From positions 64,001 through 128,000 of the forward strand of contig CAVXJS010000010.1 in assembly GCA_963762145.1 (NCBI GenBank): 64,000 bases of DNA, given 5' to 3'. Both the position numbers and the translations under genes were made by a program. Every line of letters starts with the position of its first letter. Position 1 is the stretch's first letter. The DNA comes from an uncultured Candidatus Rokubacteria bacterium (GTDB lineage Bacteria > Methylomirabilota > Methylomirabilia > Rokubacteriales > CSP1-6). A model generated the notes under the pieces. It was not told where the DNA came from. It worked only from the letters and a program-made list of their open reading frames with translations, and did not search any database. Below are positions 41,708 through 52,057 of this stretch, in pieces.

Positions 41708-42115
41708 GACCGAGCCATCGAGCACTACCAGCGCTCCGTCGCGGTGCACCCCACGGCGGAGGCCCACACCTTCCTGGGCTGGTCCCTGAGCTTCCAGGGC
41801 CGGTTGGAGGAGGCCACGGCCGAGTGCCTCCGCGCGATCGAGATCGACCCCGACTTCGGCAACCCCTACAACGACATCGGGGTCTACCTGATGCAGCAGG
41901 GGAAGCTCGACGAGGCCATCCCCTGGCTGGGGAAGGCCAAGCAGGCGAGCCGCTACGAGCCGCGCCAGTTCCCGTTCATGAACCTGGGGCGCGTCTATCT
42001 CAAGCAGGGGCGCTGGTGGGACGCGCTGCGGGAGTTCGAGGGCGCCGTGCAGGCGGCGCCGGGCGACGTGCAGGCCGCGAAGACGCTGCATCAGCTGCGG
42101 GGTCAGCTGAACTGA
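41630..42115 (+). CDS. Tetratricopeptide repeat protein
   Basis: AEAHTFLGW, AIEIDPDFGNPYNDIG, FMNLGRVY. Confidence 0.88.
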   Translation: MEESEDLKRATALWRAGYRYQMDGELDRAIEHYQRSVAVHPTAEAHTFLGWSLSFQGRLEEATAECLRAIEIDPDFGNPYNDIGVYLMQQGKLDEAIPWLGKAKQASRYEPRQFPFMNLGRVYLKQGRWWDALREFEGAVQAAPGDVQAAKTLHQLRGQLN

Positions 42116-42124
42116 CGTAGCCCG

Positions 42125-42901
42125 CTACTGCCTGCCGGGAACGACGACCAGCGCGTTTGGCACCCCCCACCCGCCGGGTAGCGACAGCGCCCGTGCGGGG
42201 AGCTTCACCACGAGCTGTGTCGACGGGCCTCCATCGAGATTGAGGGCATCCCAGCACCCGAGCCCACCCTGGTCAGGCGGGTCGGCAAGGAAGCGTGCGA
42301 ACGCGGTGGCCTCGACCTTCGTCGAAACGACGAGAACGACGATATTTCCCCCGGCGCACACCGCGGTCCGCTCGGCGATCTGGGGTTTCAGCTGCTGGAC
42401 CTTTCCCCCGACGAGGAGACGGGGGAGACCCTGGACGATGAGGCGATGGTCAAGAGGGTTCTGGATGTCGGCGCCGAGCATGATCCGCCCCTGCTTGCCA
42501 TCGATCACGAGAGCGCCCCAGCTCCGCCGGTTGCTCAGGGCCATGACTCGTCCTTCGTCGACCGCAAGGCCCATCGCACGGCCCTCCTTGTCGAAGAAGC
42601 TGGCATTGACAGCCACGACAACGGGATAGGGCGCAACGATCTGCTCCACGGTGCGCCGCAGCGGAGGGTCTCCAGCGGGGATCAGACGGAGCTCTGCCAC
42701 GTCGAGATCGATCTTGAAGGCGTGGCCCGAGAACGGCTCCGCGTCTGCCGGCCGCACCTTGAAGGCCGCGTGTGCGACGCCCAGGGCTACTACCGAAAAT
42801 CTCGGCGGCTCCGCTCTCGCCGGACTCATCACCGCGCCAGCCATCGCCAAGAGCACCGCCAGGACGCCGGGAACGAGAATGAACCGGTACCGTTGGAACA
42901 C
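42125..42901 (-). CDS. Phosphodiester glycosidase (NAGPA/DUF2233) family exported protein
   Basis: AVNASFF, RTAV, ALNLDGGPST. Confidence 0.82.
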   Translation of the reverse strand: MFQRYRFILVPGVLAVLLAMAGAVMSPARAEPPRFSVVALGVAHAAFKVRPADAEPFSGHAFKIDLDVAELRLIPAGDPPLRRTVEQIVAPYPVVVAVNASFFDKEGRAMGLAVDEGRVMALSNRRSWGALVIDGKQGRIMLGADIQNPLDHRLIVQGLPRLLVGGKVQQLKPQIAERTAVCAGGNIVVLVVSTKVEATAFARFLADPPDQGGLGCWDALNLDGGPSTQLVVKLPARALSLPGGWGVPNALVVVPGRQ

Positions 42902-42961
42902 AGTGGTCTAGGGTAGCTTGCGGGTGGGCCGATTGCGAGTCGTGTGCTAGAAAGAGGCATC

Positions 42962-44281
42962 GTGCGCAAGCGAAAGATGCACCTGGCGCAGTTCCTCTGC
43001 CATGGCCCGACCTATCACAGCCTCGCCATGTGGCGGCATCCCCGCACCGCGGAGGCCGGGTTCGACTGGGCAAAGCCGGAGCTCTATCAGCACATCGCGC
43101 GGGTCTGCGAGCGCGGCAAGTTCGACATGGTCTTCTTCGCGGACCTGAACTACATCTCCGACACGTATCGCGGGACGATGGACCCGGCGATCCGGCACGC
43201 GACCCAGGCGCCCGAGCACGACCCGATCCCGCTGCTGTCGTTCATGGCCGCGGTCACCACGCGCATCGGCCTCGGGGCGACGTTCTCGATCAGCCACTCG
43301 CACCCGTTCTACGCCGCGCGCCTGTGGGCGACGCTGGATCACCTGACACGCGGCCGCGCCGCCTGGAACGTGGTGACGTCGCTGAACCACAACCAGTCCG
43401 CGAACTACGGAGAGGAGCGCCGGCCGACCGACGAGCGCTACGATCGCGCCCACGAGTTCATCGAGGTCTGCCGCAAGCTCTGGGACAGCTGGGATCCGGA
43501 CGCGGTCGTGATGGACCGCGCGGCGGGCGTGTTCGCCGATCCGTCCAAGGTGCACCGCATCGAGCACGAGGGTCGGTTCTTCCGGTCTCGGGGGCCGCTC
43601 AACGTGGTGCGCTCCCCGCAGGGCGGCCCGGCGATCCTGCAGGCGGGAACGTCGCCCAAGGGGCGGACGTTCGCGGCGCGGTATGCCGACGCGATCTTCG
43701 CGATCCAGCCGAACATCGCGGGCGCCAAGGCGTACTACGACGACATCAAGAGCGGCACCGTGAGCGAAGGGCGCACGCCCGAAGCGTGCAAGATCCTGTT
43801 CGGCATCCAGCCGATCCTCGGGGCGACGGAAGACGAGGCACGCGAGAAGCAGGCGCTGCACAACCGCCTCGTCCCGCTCGAGGGCGGCATGGCGATTCTC
43901 TCCGGCCACCTCGACTTCGATCTGTCGGCGCTGCCGCTCGACGAGGTGATGGCCCGACGCACGGAGCCGCAGCTGCAGCGCATGCAGACGCGGTACCGAA
44001 CCCTGACGGGCGAGCTCCTCACGCTGCGGGAGGTCGCGCAGCGCCACGGACAGAGCGTGGGGCTGGTCCAGATGGTGGGCACCCCTTCGCAGGTGGCCGA
44101 CCAGATGGAGGACTACTTCGACCAGGTGGGCGGCGACGGGTTCATGCTGTCGCCGATCTATTCACCGGGGGCCATCGAGGAGTTCGTTGATCTCGTGGTG
44201 CCGGAGCTGCAGCGTCGTGGCCGGTACCGGCAGGACTACGCCGGGACCACGCAGCGCGATCATCTGATGCAGGAGGAGTGA
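42962..44281 (+). CDS. NtaA/DszA/DmoA family FMNH2-dependent monooxygenase
   Basis: ERGKFDMVFFAD, LDHLTRGRAAWNVVTS, SPQG.PAILQAGTS, VVPELQRRG. Confidence 0.92.
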   Translation: MRKRKMHLAQFLCHGPTYHSLAMWRHPRTAEAGFDWAKPELYQHIARVCERGKFDMVFFADLNYISDTYRGTMDPAIRHATQAPEHDPIPLLSFMAAVTTRIGLGATFSISHSHPFYAARLWATLDHLTRGRAAWNVVTSLNHNQSANYGEERRPTDERYDRAHEFIEVCRKLWDSWDPDAVVMDRAAGVFADPSKVHRIEHEGRFFRSRGPLNVVRSPQGGPAILQAGTSPKGRTFAARYADAIFAIQPNIAGAKAYYDDIKSGTVSEGRTPEACKILFGIQPILGATEDEAREKQALHNRLVPLEGGMAILSGHLDFDLSALPLDEVMARRTEPQLQRMQTRYRTLTGELLTLREVAQRHGQSVGLVQMVGTPSQVADQMEDYFDQVGGDGFMLSPIYSPGAIEEFVDLVVPELQRRGRYRQDYAGTTQRDHLMQEE

Positions 44282-44305
44282 CCCCGACTCGTTTCGCGCG
44301 CCCCG

Positions 44306-45079
44306 TTATTGTGCGGTGTAACCCCCGTCCACCGGCAGACAGGCGCCCGTGACGAAGGAGGCGTCGTCCGACGCCAGGAACAGCGCCGCCCGTGCGATCT
44401 CGTCGGGTTGGCCGAGCCGGCCCATCGGGTGCTTCTCTTCCAGGAACTTCCGGCTCTCAGGCTTGTCGGTCAGTGCCTTCGTGAGGTTGGTGAAGACGAA
44501 CCCGGGGCACAGGGCGTTCACCCGCACGCCCTCCCGGGCGAAGTGCACGGCCATGTCCCGGGTGAGCTGGACCACCCCGCCCTTGCTGTGCACGTACGGG
44601 TCCAGCCCGGTCCCGATCTCCCGCGGCCGGCCCACGAGGCCGTAGATCGAGGACAGGTTCACGATCGAGCCGCCACCCTGCTTCACCATCTGGTCCGCGA
44701 CGGCCCTCGACATGAGAAACGTGCCCTTCATGTTGACGGCCATCACGTAGTCCCAGACCTTCTCCCAGTCCCAGTCGGCCGGCGCGTTCCGGGGGGCCAC
44801 GCCGGCGCTGTTCACGAGCACGTCCGCCCGGCCAAAGCGCTTGACCGTCTCATCGACGAGCCGTTGCGAGTCGGGACGGCTCGTCACGTCGCCGACCATC
44901 ACCAGCGCCTCGCCGCCGGCGCTCTTGACCTGGTCCGCCACCGTCTCCAGGTCTGTCGACGGCAGGTCGTTGAGCGCCACCTTCGCGCCCTCTTGCGCGA
45001 ACACCACGGCCGTCGCCGCGCCGATGCCCGATGCCGCACCCGTGATCAGCGCCACCTTGTCCCGAAGCCGGCCCGCCAT
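44306..45079 (-). CDS. SDR family oxidoreductase
   Basis: TGAASGIG, YVHSK (YxxxK), VNALCPG, VDGGY. Confidence 0.92.
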   Translation of the reverse strand: MAGRLRDKVALITGAASGIGAATAVVFAQEGAKVALNDLPSTDLETVADQVKSAGGEALVMVGDVTSRPDSQRLVDETVKRFGRADVLVNSAGVAPRNAPADWDWEKVWDYVMAVNMKGTFLMSRAVADQMVKQGGGSIVNLSSIYGLVGRPREIGTGLDPYVHSKGGVVQLTRDMAVHFAREGVRVNALCPGFVFTNLTKALTDKPESRKFLEEKHPMGRLGQPDEIARAALFLASDDASFVTGACLPVDGGYTAQ

Positions 45080-45229
45080 CTGGAGACCTCCGTGGATGTT
45101 CACGCTCAAAGGTGCTTCACCGTACCCAAGCCCGCGCCCCCGGTCAATGTCCACACGGCGGGGGGGCTGGTCGTGACGCGCCCGCGTGGGCTATTGTGGG
45201 GCGATCGTTTTCAGTGCCAGGAGGGCTCG

Positions 45230-46075
45230 ATGGACTTCCGCACCATCCGCTACGAAAAGCTCGGAGCCGTGCTGCGCATCACCGCGAACCGGCCCGAGGT
45301 GCTCAACGCCCAGAGCCGCGTGATGATCCTCGAGCTGGACGAGGCATTCCGCGCGGCGTCGGAGGACGACGCGACGCGCGTCATCATCGTGGCGGGCGCC
45401 GGGGCGCACTTCTCGGCGGGCCATGACCTCGGCAGCCCGGAGGAGCTCGAGGACCAGAAGGCCCACCCGGTCGGCCCGGGCATGCCCGAGAACCTCAAGC
45501 GGCTGTCCGACCTGTACCTCGAGGCCACTTTGCGCTGGCGCGACGTGCCCAAGCCGACCATCGCCCAGGTGCAGGGCTACTGCATCATGGGCGGGCTCAT
45601 GCTGGCCTCGTGCTGCGACCTCATCATCGCCGCCGACGACGCGCAGTTCGCCGACCGGATGGTGCGCTGGGGCGGCGCGCACGTGCAGTACTTCAGCATG
45701 CCGTGGGATCTCGGGCCGCGGAAGGCCAAGGAGTATCTCTTCACCGGCGACTACATCGACGCGGCCACGGCGCTCGATCTCGGTCTCGTCAACCGGGTCG
45801 TGCCACGCGCCGAGCTGGCCGACGCCACGCTCGAGCTGGCGGGCCGCATCGCGCTGCAGGATCCCTTCGCCCTCAAGCTCGCCAAGGCGTCGGTGAACGA
45901 GACGATGGACATCCAGGGCCAGCGCCGCGCCCTCGAGGCGGCGTTCAAGAACTACATGCTGACCATTCCCCACCGCCAGGCGCTCGGCACCTACGGCGCG
46001 GCGGCGCGGGCCAAGGGCGTGAAGGACCGGATCAAGGTGCGGGACGCGAAGTTCGGGGACGCCGCGGGCGGGTGA
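45230..46075 (+). CDS. Enoyl-CoA hydratase/crotonase family protein
   Basis: NRPEVLNA, FSAGHDL, PKPTIAQVQG, GLVNRVVP. Confidence 0.9.
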   Translation: MDFRTIRYEKLGAVLRITANRPEVLNAQSRVMILELDEAFRAASEDDATRVIIVAGAGAHFSAGHDLGSPEELEDQKAHPVGPGMPENLKRLSDLYLEATLRWRDVPKPTIAQVQGYCIMGGLMLASCCDLIIAADDAQFADRMVRWGGAHVQYFSMPWDLGPRKAKEYLFTGDYIDAATALDLGLVNRVVPRAELADATLELAGRIALQDPFALKLAKASVNETMDIQGQRRALEAAFKNYMLTIPHRQALGTYGAAARAKGVKDRIKVRDAKFGDAAGG

Positions 46076-47142
46076 TGGTGAAACGCCTTCTCGTCACCGA
46101 GGCCGGCGGCGGACCGAGCAATAACCTGATCCGGAGCCTGAAAGCGGGCGACCCGTCCCTCTTCGTCGCGGGATGCCAGAGCGACCGCTTCGTCCTCAAG
46201 AAATCGGCCGCGGAGCGCAACTTCCTCGTGCATCCGACCACGCATCGCGCCTTCCTCCGGGACGTGGGGCGCGTGGTCACGCGGGTCGGCGTCGACCTGC
46301 TGATCCCGACCACGGACGCGGATGTCCGGGCGCTCTCGCGTGCTCGGAGACTTCCCTGCCGCGTGTTCCTGCCACCCCGACCGGTGATCGAGCTCTGTCA
46401 GGACAAGTATCGGCTGAGCCGTTTCCTGAGGAGCCGCGCGGTGCCGGTGCCGCTGACGTACGCGGTGGGCAGTCTCGCGGCCGTACCCGGGATCTTTCGC
46501 CGCATGGGCCGAACGCCCCTCTGGTGCCGGGTGCGCGCGGGCAGCGGCTCCACTGCCGCGATACCGGTCCGGACCCCACAGCAGGCACAGGCCTGGATCG
46601 CCTACTGGTCCACGATGCGCGGCGTCCCCGTGAGGTCCTTCACGCTCTCCGAGTACTTGCCGGGTCGCGACTTCGGCTGCCAGAGCCTCTGGGACCGGGG
46701 CCGCCCGGTGTTGACGAAGGCGTTCGAGCGCCTCGCGTACATCGCACCCGGCGGTCATCCGAGCGGTGTGTCGTCGGTCGCCGCCCTGGCCAGGACGACG
46801 GCCGATCCGCAGGTGCGAGAGGTGACGACCCGGGCGGTGAGCGCGCTCGGACGGAATATCACCGGCCTGTTCAGCGTGGATCTCAAGGAGGACGGCGAGG
46901 GGACCGTGTGCGTCACCGAGATCAACGCGGGGCGCTTCCTGGCCGGGACGAATCTGCTGGACCTCAGTGGAAAGCACAACATGGCGGTGACCTACGTCCA
47001 GCTCGCCCTCGGCGAGCCGGTGGGATCCCTCGAGGAACCCGACGAGGCGACCGACCATTTCATGGTTCGCGATGTGGACACGCTGCCCGGAGTGTTCCAC
47101 ACTGAGGAGTTCTTCGCGGGGATCGAGGATGCGCGGAGCTAA
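46075..47142 (+). CDS. ATP-grasp protein (PylC/CPSase-like)
   Basis: LLVTEAGG, LLIPTTD, CQDKY, EYLPG, VDLKED, TEINAGRF; TGATG coupling to the crotonase. Confidence 0.82.
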   Translation: MVKRLLVTEAGGGPSNNLIRSLKAGDPSLFVAGCQSDRFVLKKSAAERNFLVHPTTHRAFLRDVGRVVTRVGVDLLIPTTDADVRALSRARRLPCRVFLPPRPVIELCQDKYRLSRFLRSRAVPVPLTYAVGSLAAVPGIFRRMGRTPLWCRVRAGSGSTAAIPVRTPQQAQAWIAYWSTMRGVPVRSFTLSEYLPGRDFGCQSLWDRGRPVLTKAFERLAYIAPGGHPSGVSSVAALARTTADPQVREVTTRAVSALGRNITGLFSVDLKEDGEGTVCVTEINAGRFLAGTNLLDLSGKHNMAVTYVQLALGEPVGSLEEPDEATDHFMVRDVDTLPGVFHTEEFFAGIEDARS

Positions 47143-47166
47143 CCCATCACACGGAGGAGAACCAGC

Positions 47167-47358
47167 ATGCCTATCATGTCAAAGCCGCCGATACCGCCGT
47201 ACGGGACACGACGTGTGGTCATCGTGCTCAAGGGGCCCAAGGAGACGCCGGTGATCAAGCGGTTCAACAAGGAGCTGAAGAAGGTCGCGAGGAAGTTCGG
47301 GGCGACCTTCAAGAAGCGGGCGACGGCCAAGCGGGCGAAGGCCAAGCGCAAGCGCTAG
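47167..47358 (+). CDS. Small, very basic 63-aa peptide
   Basis: GGAGGAG RBS; GC3-biased codons; 22 K/R versus 2 E. Confidence 0.7.
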   Translation: MPIMSKPPIPPYGTRRVVIVLKGPKETPVIKRFNKELKKVARKFGATFKKRATAKRAKAKRKR

Positions 47359-47359
47359 A

Positions 47360-50300
47360 TCAGGCCAGGCGCTCGAGCGCGATCCGCGCCGGCCCGAGCC
47401 ACGCCTGCATGTCCATCTCGCCGAGGAGCCGGGTGGCGGCGGCAAGGTGCCGTCGCCCGGCGGCCGGGTCGGTGCCCTGCGCCAGGGAGCGGCCGAGCAC
47501 GAGGTGGCAGTGTGCCATCAGCGGGCGCATCCCCAGCTTCTCGGCCATCGTCAGGGCCGTGCGCCCGTATTCCATCGCCCGGGCCGCGTCCGGGGGGTCC
47601 GACCCGAGGGCGATCTCCGCGAGCAGACGAAGCGCCCAGCCCTCGTAGCCGGGCTCCTTGTGAGCGCGGGCGAGGGCCGAGCGCTTGCTCCGCACTCCGG
47701 CGCGCATCGTCATGCCGGCCCGCGAGCAGATAGGCTTCGCCCAGATACGCCAGCAGCAGGGAATGGCCCCCCTTCAGGCTCATCGCGGCGCCCTGGGCGA
47801 CCGCCGCCTCCGTCAGCGAGAGCGCTTCGGTCGACCGCCCGGCCAGCGCATAGGCGCAGCCCAGGGCGGAGGCCAGTCTCGGAAACCACAGCGGGCTGTT
47901 CCCGGCGCGGACGGCCTGGAGGCCCTGCTCGAGCGCCGCGATGGCCTTGTCCGCCTGCCCGCGACGGAGGTACGCCCAGCCCACACCGGCCTGCGCGACC
48001 GCTCGGCTGAGCGGGTGATCGGCGGATCCAACCATCGCGACGGCCTCCTCCCCGAGCGCGATGGCCTCGGAGAACTCGCCGAGCTCCGAGAGACACCAGG
48101 CCAGGCACGTCCGGGAGTGGATGGCGGGCGGCTGGGGCATGCCGAACCGCTCCCCGGCCGGCTCGCCGACGAGCGACCGCAGATTGTGGCGGAAGTGGGC
48201 CAGGGCTTCCCCGTATTCGGCTCCGACAAAGTAGATCTGGCCGAGCCAGGTGGTCGCCACGATCTGCAGGCCGAGGTCTCCGATCTCGCCGGCCACCGCG
48301 AGCGCACGCTTTCCCCACTGGATCGCGCGGTCCTGGTCGCCGGTCAGGCGGAAGTAGTCGGCCAGATAGGCCGCCACCCGCCCGAGCCTCCTCGGATCGG
48401 GGAGGGCCGCCGCGAGCGCCTCGGCTTCATAGAGGCGCTCGAGGATGGACCCGAACTCGCCGAGCGGCTGCAGCGCGTTACGGAGCTCGAACCGGAGATC
48501 GATCGCCTGCTCGCGTAGCTCGCGACTGTCGGGCAGGTGCTGGAGAGCGCTCAGCGCCTGGTCGAACCAGACCACGGCTTCCCGGTTGGCCGAGCGCGCG
48601 AACGCCTTCGCTGCCGCCTGCCGCAGGTAACGGGCCGCCCGATCCCAGAGCTCGGCGTCGGAGGCGTGACGAGCCAGCCGCTCGACGTGCTCGCTCAGCC
48701 GCTCGGGATAGAGGCGCTCGAGGGCCTCCACGATCCGGGCATGGAGCCGGCGCTGCTGTTCCCGCAGCAGCGAGTGGTAGGCCACCCGCTGCGTCAACCC
48801 GTGCTTGAAGACGTAGTAGGGCTCCTGGAGCAGGCTGATGTCATAGAGGAACTCGGCGGCCCGGAGGCGCGTCAGGGCATCGCGGAGCTCCTGTTCCGAC
48901 ATCTCGGCGACGGACTGGAGCAGGACGACGGGCACATTGTCTCCGATGACCGCCGCGGCCTGGAGCAGGGCCTTGTCCCCCGGCGCGAGGCGGTCGATCC
49001 GCGCCGCCAGGACCGCCTCGACGGAGGCCGGCACCCGGAGCGTCTCGGTGGGCTTCGTCAGTCGATAGTCTCCCCGCTCCCCGACGAGGGCGCCGTCCTC
49101 GACCTTCATGCGAACGCACTCCTCGAGGAAGAACGGGTTGCCCCTGGTCTGCTCGATGAGCAGCCGTTTGAGGGGCGCAACCTGGTCGTCGTCGCCGAGC
49201 ATCACGCGGAGGAGCTCCTCCGCCTTCTGGGGAAGCAGCGGATGAACGCCGAGCTGCGTGTAGTAGCTCTTGGTGCCCCACTCGTGCCGGTATTCCGGGC
49301 GGTAGTTGACGAGCAGGAGAACCCGCGCGGCGGGGAGGTGCTGGATCAAGGCGTCGAGGAACGCCTGGGTCTCGGAGTCGATCCAGTGCAGGTCCTCGAC
49401 GACAACGCACAGCGGCTGGACCTGACTCTCCCGCAGCAGGAGGCGACGGACCGCGTCCATCGTCTGCTCCCTCCGCTGGAGGGGACCCAATGCCTGCCAC
49501 TGCGGATCCTCGACCGGCACGTCGAGGAGCGACAGGAGAGCCGGCCCGATCACGGCCAGCTCCTTGTCGAGCGCCAGCACATGGCCGACGATCCTGTCGT
49601 GCACCTCTTGCCGGTCGCCCCGGTCGTAGACCTCGAAGTACGCGCGGAGCAGGTCGATGACCGGCCGGTAGGCGGTCGCCTTGTCGTAGGAGAAGGCGCC
49701 CGTCTTCACGATTCGCCAGCCGGGCATTCGCTCTGCGCGGGTGAATTCGTGGAAGAGCCGCGATTTTCCGACACCCGGCTCTCCCATGACCCCGACGACC
49801 CGGCCCCGGCCGCCGGCCGCCGATCGCATCGCCGAGTCGAGCAGGGCCAGCTCTTCTTCGCGGCCCACGAAGCTGGTCAGCCCGCGCGCCGCCGCCACCT
49901 CCATCGGCCAGCGGGCCGCGCCGGTCCCCGTGACGGCGTACACGTCGACCAGCGTCTGCAGGCCGCGAACCGACTGCGGGCCGATGGACACCGCCTCGAT
50001 GTAGCCTTGCACCAGCGCGACGGTATCGGCGGTGGCGAGAATGGCGCCGGGCTTCGCCATCTGCTCCATGCGGGAGGCCAGGTGCGTGGTCTGCCCCACC
50101 GCCGAGTAATCCATCTTGAGGTCGCTGCCGATCGCTCGAACCACCACCTCCCCGGAGTTCAGGCCCACCCGGATCTGTGGCTCGATTCCATGCACCCGAC
50201 GAACGCTTTCCGCGTACCGCTTGACCGACTCCTGCATCCTCAGCGCGGCATAGCAGGCCCGCACCGCGTGATCTTCGTGGGCCAGCGGTGCGCCGAACAG

Positions 50301-50726
50301 CGCCATGATTCCGTCCCCCATCACCTGGTTGACGGTACCCTCGTAACGGTGAACCGCCTCCATCATCCGTTCGAGCACCGGATCGAGGAGCTTGCGCGAT
50401 TCTTCGGGATCGCGGTCGGCGAGGAGCTCCAGGGACCCTCGGAGATCGGCGAACAGCACCGTCACCCGTTTGCGCTCGCCCTCCAGCGCGCCCTTCGACA
50501 TCAGGATCTTCTGGGCGAGATGCCGTGGCGTATAGGCTTCCGGCGAGACGAGGCGTGGCGGTGGGGTCCCGCCTCCTTCTACGGAGTGGCCGCACTGGGT
50601 ACAGAACTTCGCGGTCTCGACGAGCCGGGTGCCGCAATTGGAGCAGGCCCGCTCCAGCAGCGTGGCGCACTCCTCACAGAACTTGGCCTGTGGGGAGTTC
50701 TCGTGCTGGCACCGGGCACACCGCAT
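47360..50726 (-). CDS. Second double zinc ribbon + cyclase + AAA + TPR protein; indel near 47680
   Basis: CARC..FCEEC; TVLFADLRGS; GEPGVGKS; VEDLHW; C-terminus (LGMRPLMAHC) in the 47360 frame. Confidence 0.9.
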
Positions 50727-50773
50727 ACAACCTCCCTGCGAGCTAGAGATTCGGTGTGCAGAGCTTAGCGACC

Positions 50774-50904
50774 CATGAGACCAAAGTCCACTGGGCGAGG
50801 GGATTCCTCGTCACTAGACTGAAGGGGTGGAAAAGTCAGACGACCTGAGACGGGCCACCGCGCTCTGGCGGGCGGCCTACCGCTACCAGATCGACGGCGA
50901 GCTC
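50774..50904 (+). repeat. 131-bp direct repeat, copy 2 (truncated TPR gene start)
   Basis: Matches 41577-41707 with 9 substitutions. Confidence 0.92.
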
Positions 50905-50968
50905 ACGCTGCCGCGCGGTCAGTCACAGGACAGTCGTGGACAGAGTGCAGGCTCACAAGGAGACAGCC

Positions 50969-51298
50969 ATGGAATTCCACGGTGTTGATGTCGGGACCCA
51001 GTTCAAGCGCATGCGGGAACTCGTGCCGGAAGCGTACCGGGCTTTTCTCGAGTTCGATCAGAAGGCGTTCAAGGACGGCGCGCTCCCCGGCAAGACCAAG
51101 GAGCTCATGGCGCTCGGCATCGCTCAGATCACGCAGTGCCCATGGTGCATCCAGGCCCATACGAAGAAGGCAGCGCTGGCCGGAGCCTCCGACGCGGAGA
51201 TCGCGGAGACGACCTTCGTCGCGATGGCGATGGCGGCCGGGGCGGCGTGGAGCCACGGGGGGCTCGCGCTACAGTGCCTCCAGGAACACAAGGGCTAG
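50969..51298 (+). CDS. Carboxymuconolactone decarboxylase/AhpD family protein
   Basis: GALPGKTKELMAL, CPWCIQAH, GASDAEIAE; AAGGAG RBS. Confidence 0.88.
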   Translation: MEFHGVDVGTQFKRMRELVPEAYRAFLEFDQKAFKDGALPGKTKELMALGIAQITQCPWCIQAHTKKAALAGASDAEIAETTFVAMAMAAGAAWSHGGLALQCLQEHKG

Positions 51299-51335
51299 TT
51301 TCGAACTCACCGTCGGGCACGCCTAGGAAGACGCC

Positions 51336-51391
51336 TCAGCGCGCGGGCTGCGCCGCCGCGCGAAGCCGAGCCGTCTCCTCCGGGACGACCT
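51336..51391 (-). repeat. Remnant of a hydantoinase B 3' end (copy C)
   Basis: About 90% identical to 59970-60025, including the stop codon. Confidence 0.85.
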
Positions 51392-51404
51392 GCCGCGCTC
51401 GCAA

Positions 51405-52043
51405 TCATAGGTTCGGGTCAGCCGTCACACCCTTGATGCGGGAGAGAACCCGCTCCTTGAAATGGGCTTCTTTGGTCGGATCGCCAATCTCCTTCGCAAT
51501 GGCCTCGACCAAGTGGGTGAGCTGTTGGGGTGAGCTCAGGGCGGTGACATGCGCAAGGTGCTCCTGGCAGATCACCTCCGCCATCGGGCCCAGAAACTCC
51601 GTCAGTTCGGGCTCGATCACCGACCGGAGCGACTCCAGCGCTTGTCTCGTGGAGGGTGTCGGCGACGTAGACTGAGGCGGGTTCGCCGGCGTGGAGTCCT
51701 CCGGAATCAAGAGGGCCAGCAAGTCGAGTGTCGGCGGCAGGCCACGGTCGGTCCGGTCGACGGGCTCCTCGACGAAGCGGTATCGGCCGGCGGCGAAGGC
51801 CCTCATCGCGGGCAGGGCGTCGGGTCCTCGCAGCAGCCGGTGGCTCAAGCCGACGATCTCTCCGCTGCGCAGGATGAACTGGGCGACGTGGTTGTCCGCC
51901 GTGATGATGAACATGATCCCGGAGCGCTTGGCACCACATAACGATTGGAGCGCGTCGATGATGGCATCGTGCGGCAGGAGAACGGACCCGTCGCTCGCGA
52001 CTGCTGACCCTGCCGGCGGCGAGCCCGCCAGGTCCTGTGACAT
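51405..52043 (-). CDS. DUF4388/PATAN-like domain protein
   Basis: LQSLCGAKRSGIMFI...GEIV; C-terminal ELTEFLGPMAEVIC...LVEAIAKEI domain. Confidence 0.6.
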   Translation of the reverse strand: MSQDLAGSPPAGSAVASDGSVLLPHDAIIDALQSLCGAKRSGIMFIITADNHVAQFILRSGEIVGLSHRLLRGPDALPAMRAFAAGRYRFVEEPVDRTDRGLPPTLDLLALLIPEDSTPANPPQSTSPTPSTRQALESLRSVIEPELTEFLGPMAEVICQEHLAHVTALSSPQQLTHLVEAIAKEIGDPTKEAHFKERVLSRIKGVTADPNL

Positions 52044-52057
52044 TCAGGGCGCCTGTC

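Noticed and set aside
44309-46075. 588-aa crotonase and 510-aa ATP-grasp ORF lengths
   Set aside because: The upstream parts are out-of-frame or antisense overlaps; starts are at 45230 and 46075
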